Shown in pieces: positions 60,759 through 64,000 of a stretch of DNA of 64,000 bases (positions within the stretch are counted from its first letter, which is position 1; each line of letters starts with the position of its first letter). A model generated the notes under the pieces. That model made no database searches. It was not told the origin of the DNA and saw nothing but the letters and a program-made list of their open reading frames with translations. Location of the stretch: positions 45,437-109,436 of the forward strand of contig CAWCJE010000004.1 in NCBI GenBank assembly GCA_963795685.1, given 5' to 3'. The position numbers and the translations under genes are program-made. Source of the stretch: an uncultured Gammaproteobacteria bacterium (GTDB lineage: Bacteria > Pseudomonadota > Gammaproteobacteria > Steroidobacterales > Steroidobacteraceae).

Positions 60759-62090
60759 TCATGCCCAGATGCCGTGCACATGCCAACCACCGCCGCGCAA
60801 GTCTTCAAACACCCACAGCTGCGCGCCGTTCGCCTCGCGGGCCAGGTAATAATCGCGCGCCACATCGGCGCCGTCCCACCAGCCGCTTTCGATGCGCTCG
60901 GGACCGGCGAGCAGTTCCTGCGGCCTGTCGATGCGCCGCGGTTCGGGCAGCAACCAGCAAGGACGTCCGGGCAGCTCCGATACGTCACGGGGCGCGCCGG
61001 CCGCTCCGATGGCTCCGGCGGCCGTGAGGGCCACGAGCTGCGCGGCATTAAGGTGCCAGGCGCGCTCTGGACGGTGTTCATCGGTGCTGCTCAGGGCCTG
61101 CACGGCCCCTGCGCCAAGGCGTGCACCGAGCCGATCGAGCACTTGCTGGAACTGCTCGCTTTGCTGCTCCGCGCGCGAGAACAAATCGTTCTGCACCAGC
61201 AAGGGCTGGAGAAACTCGGAGGCGGTAACGCCAAGTCCATGGACCGGTGCGGTGAGCACGCTCACCGCCAGCCGCTCGCGCGCCAGCAGCAACAGCTGCG
61301 CCGCATCGCGGCTGGGGCGGGTGAGGCTCACCGTCAGGCGCGTCACTGCCCCGCGGTGGTGCTCGAGGTGGAGCGTATAGCGTTGCACCGCGCGCTCACG
61401 CGCGCGCAGATACCCCTGGAGCCCTGCCAGCAGGCGCTGGAGGGGAAACAGCAACGCGGTGGTGTCGGTCACGGCGTCGCCGAACTCGCAACGGACATGA
61501 AAATGCGCCGGTGCCTGCACATAGCGCAAGGGCTCGTGCGCCGCGCCGCGCAGACGTTGCAGGTACAAGGTGGCGTCGGGACCAAAACGCTGCGCTATCG
61601 AGGCCGCGGGCAATGCCAGCACTTCACCGATCCGCCGCAGGCCAGCGCCGTGCAAGGCGGCGAGCTGCTCGAGGGGCAGGGCCAGCAGCGCCAGAGGGAG
61701 CGGTTCGAGCAGTTGCAACAGCTCCGTACACGTTAGGGCGCTGGTTGCGAGTCCGGCACGCGCCAGAAGGGCCGCGCCCTGGGGAGTGGGGGCGAGGCCC
61801 AGCCGATGGGTGTAGCCGAGCGGGATCAGTCCTTCGGCAATGCGCTCGCGCAAGCGGGCGTGATCACCGAACAAGCGACGACTCGCGCCAATCTCGAGCC
61901 ACAACCTGGCGCTCCCGTCGGCTGCGGCGTGCTCGCTGACCTGGTCGCTCCATTGCAGGGACCACAGGGCCAGGGTCTTGAGCGCAGCCTGCACGGCCGC
62001 TGGCGACCGGGGCACAGGCTCCGGGCTCCGCGCGGCGCCGGCCGACGCTTCAAGCGCAAACCGCGGCAGCAGGATGCACAACCAGAGCAT
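60759..62090 (-). CDS. imuB: Y-family polymerase-like protein ImuB
   Basis: The family-typical N-terminus MLWLCILLPRFALEA begins at the 6th codon of ORF 60759..62105. The position between imuA and dnaE2 supports the call. Confidence 0.85.
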   Translation of the reverse strand: MLWLCILLPRFALEASAGAARSPEPVPRSPAAVQAALKTLALWSLQWSDQVSEHAAADGSARLWLEIGASRRLFGDHARLRERIAEGLIPLGYTHRLGLAPTPQGAALLARAGLATSALTCTELLQLLEPLPLALLALPLEQLAALHGAGLRRIGEVLALPAASIAQRFGPDATLYLQRLRGAAHEPLRYVQAPAHFHVRCEFGDAVTDTTALLFPLQRLLAGLQGYLRARERAVQRYTLHLEHHRGAVTRLTVSLTRPSRDAAQLLLLARERLAVSVLTAPVHGLGVTASEFLQPLLVQNDLFSRAEQQSEQFQQVLDRLGARLGAGAVQALSSTDEHRPERAWHLNAAQLVALTAAGAIGAAGAPRDVSELPGRPCWLLPEPRRIDRPQELLAGPERIESGWWDGADVARDYYLAREANGAQLWVFEDLRGGGWHVHGIWA

Positions 62091-62725
62091 GGGCGCGCCC
62101 ACCACGGGCTTTTTGGATTTCGACGTGCAGCCCGGTGTCCAGGGCCTTGAGCCGCAGCCTCAAGGCCGCCGGTGAGGGCTGCAAGCGCTGCGCTCGGCGG
62201 GCGATACAGCACACCACAGCTCCCACCGGTCTCGGCCGCGAGCTGGAGCCGGCGCACGCGTCGGTCATCGAGTGATGCCGGCCAGGCGAGCACCGCACCG
62301 ATGGCCGGACAGCGCAGAGCCTGTTCTGCAGCCCACAGCACACTGGCCGCATCGCGCGCCTGCACGAGTACCATTCGATTGAGCACCAGACCATGTTGTG
62401 CGAGCGCCAGCGGGTAGGGCAGGCAGGGAGGAGCAATCCATACCAGGTACCGTCCGGCGCGGCTGAGTTTGGCGAGCGCCGGCAACAACAAGGACAGCTC
62501 GCCGATCCCCTGTGTTTCCGGCATCACTTCGGTGATCGCTCCGACCGGCCATCCCCCGCCTGGCAACAGCGCATCGAAGTTCGCAAAGCCTGTGGGCTGT
62601 GCCCTCGGCCGTGCCTGATCGTCCGCATGCGCGTTGCGGCTCATGTGTTCCAGCCGCGCGCGCAATTGATCGCGGTCCAGAGACGGTGGGGACAGCTCCG
62701 GCCCGTGCAGTGGCTGGGCTCTCAT
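62050..62725 (-). pseudogene. imuA: ImuA (SulA/RecA-like), single frame break ~62195
   Basis: FDALLPGGGWPVGAITEV...LWAAEQALRCPAIGAVLAW...RRLQLAAETGG is in one frame. SPAALRLRLKALDTGLHVEIQKARGG is in another. Its ATG overlaps the lexA stop (ATGA). Confidence 0.7.
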
Positions 62726-63375
62726 GGTTTGCGCGCCTGCGGAAATCCACGGCGCACTAGTCCGACCACCAGTCCCTCGATGAGGCACTGTTGCCGTCGC
62801 AGATCCACTTCAAGCGGCTTGAATGCGGCGTTGGCCGGCTCGAGTCGCAGCAGGTGCCCATTGCGGCGGTAATATTTAACGGTCGCTTCATCCCCTAAGC
62901 GCGCCACGACGATCTGGCCGTTGCTGACCTGTGCGGTGCGGTGCACGGCCAGGATGTCGCGATCGTGAATGTCGGCATCGAGCATGCTCTGGCCGTGCAC
63001 GCGCAGCAGAAAATCCGCGCGCGGACGGAACAGCGCCGGATCGAGCAGCAACTCATCCTCGATGTTATCGAGCGCCAGCGTGGGTACGCCGGCGGCGACC
63101 CGGCCATACAGCGCCAGCCGCCGGGCCAGCGCGAATGAGGATTGCAGTAGGCGGATGCCGCGCGCCACGCCCGGCTCGAGCGCGATGAGCCCCTTGCCGG
63201 CCAGCGCGCGCAGGTGCTGATCGATCCCCTGGCGATTGCGCAATTTCATCAACCGGGCCAGGTCGGCACGGGTCGGCGGGCGGCCGTGGCGATGCAGGAA
63301 CTGTTCGATCAATTCCAGGATCTGACGTTGGCGAGGACTCGGTTCGGGCGTAGGGATGCTCATGGCCAATACCAT
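62722..63375 (-). CDS. lexA: LexA-family repressor (cassette-associated copy)
   Basis: Winged-helix N-terminus RQRQILELIEQFLHRHGRPPTRADLA. The cleavage site region is followed by the S24 protease motifs VHGQSMLDA and ATVKYY. The alternative start is ATG 63363. Confidence 0.9.
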   Translation of the reverse strand: MVLAMSIPTPEPSPRQRQILELIEQFLHRHGRPPTRADLARLMKLRNRQGIDQHLRALAGKGLIALEPGVARGIRLLQSSFALARRLALYGRVAAGVPTLALDNIEDELLLDPALFRPRADFLLRVHGQSMLDADIHDRDILAVHRTAQVSNGQIVVARLGDEATVKYYRRNGHLLRLEPANAAFKPLEVDLRRQQCLIEGLVVGLVRRGFPQARKP

Positions 63376-63389
63376 ACAAGTGTCTGGTA
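63370..63389. promoter_or_regulatory. imperfect 20-bp palindrome at the lexA start, candidate operator
   Basis: TACCATACAAGTGTCTGGTA is 16/20 self-complementary, with outer arms TACCA/TGGTA. It is flanked by an AT-rich TATATA and overlaps ATG 63375..63373. Confidence 0.3.
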
Positions 63390-63451
63390 TATATTTAAAG
63401 TCGGTAGTTTCCTCGTGCTAGGCTTACCCGGACACGCACCCCGCCAAAACA

Positions 63452-64000
63452 ATGCTTAAAACAAAAACTTATATCGCGCTGCTGTTGGCGGCCGCCAATG
63501 TGCCCTGCTTTGCCACCATTTATGAAATAAGCCAGCCCACACAGAGCGTGTTTGGCGAGGACCAGAGCGTACAAACGGTCTATGAGGACACCCTCTACGA
63601 TCTGGCGCGCCAATACAGCCTGGGTTCCGAGGAGCTTATTCGCGTCAATCCCAAGCTCGATCCGTGGATTCCCGGGGCCGACAAAACCGTATTCATCCCT
63701 GGGCGGCACATCCTGCCCACCGGCCCGCACAGGGGCATCATCGTCAATATCGCCGAGCATCGGCTCTACTATTTCCCGAAGCGGCAGCCTCGCATGCCCC
63801 AGCAGGTGATCACTTACCCGATCAGCATCGGCAAGATGGACTGGCACACCCCGTTGGGCCTGACGCATGTGATTGCCAAACAAAAGGATCCCTGGTGGCA
63901 TCCGCCTAAGTCCGTGCGCGAGGAACACGCCAAGGATGGCGATATCCTGCCTGCGGCGGTTCCCCCGGGCCCTGACAATCCGCTGGGCACCCGCACGATG
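63452..64000 (+). CDS. L,D-transpeptidase (YbiS/ErfK/YcfS family), 3' end outside window
   Basis: My own translation from ATG 63452 is open to the window end. It gives the signal peptide MLKTKTYIALLLAAANVPCFA, a LysM-like segment TLYDLARQYSLGSEELIRVNP, and the YkuD start GIIVNIAEHRLYYF...PPGPDNPLG. Confidence 0.8.
   Translation, partial: MLKTKTYIALLLAAANVPCFATIYEISQPTQSVFGEDQSVQTVYEDTLYDLARQYSLGSEELIRVNPKLDPWIPGADKTVFIPGRHILPTGPHRGIIVNIAEHRLYYFPKRQPRMPQQVITYPISIGKMDWHTPLGLTHVIAKQKDPWWHPPKSVREEHAKDGDILPAAVPPGPDNPLGTRTM

Noticed and set aside
1-64000. CRISPR arrays, tRNA or rRNA genes, and intact insertion sequences, integrases or prophage genes.
   Set aside because: By eye I found no direct-repeat/spacer pattern, no tRNA T-loop-like GGTTCGAATCC context, and no transposase or integrase-like ORF. 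A computational scan (tRNAscan, Infernal, ISfinder) would still be needed to be certain.

Overview
This is a GC-rich proteobacterial chromosome segment. The gene content looks gammaproteobacterial, possibly Xanthomonadales or Nevskiales, but that placement is tentative. Three parts stand out.

(1) Positions ~0.9-20.2 kb form a lower-GC surface-glycan island of the Wzx/Wzy type. Spot counts give low-to-mid 50s % GC against mid-60s % elsewhere. It encodes a Wza-like exporter, WbpB/WbpD/WbpI-like enzymes for 2,3-diacetamido-uronic acid, a HisH/HisF/WbpG-like acetamidino module, Wzz, a putative Wzy, Wzx, three glycosyltransferases and three methyltransferases. It also holds two unusual secreted proteins: an Asp-box propeller lipoprotein and a beta-helix protein. 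A 0.8 kb non-coding gap and a core-GC wecA/wbpL-like initiating transferase close the island.

(2) Positions 20-34.5 kb are intact core genes: tandem bactofilins, a quinone oxidoreductase, an S8 protease plus Ig-repeat lipoprotein operon, a HlyD/ABC-2 exporter, thrA and thrB.

(3) Positions 34.5-64 kb are housekeeping genes: thrC, tatD, kynA, acnA, mnmA, purB, fumC, mazG, a PepSY-phoP-phoQ-like set, a class II DAHP synthase, uvrC and pgsA. They are followed by a lexA-imuA-imuB-dnaE2 SOS mutagenesis cassette with a TIR/TolB-like/TPR gene directly downstream of it.

About three dozen single-base frame breaks fall in three discrete blocks (35.1-39.1, 45.7-49.7 and 50.5-52.8 kb), and the long genes between them are intact. 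Local assembly or consensus error is the most likely cause, rather than real pseudogenisation.

I saw no rRNA, tRNA, CRISPR array or recognisable intact mobile element.
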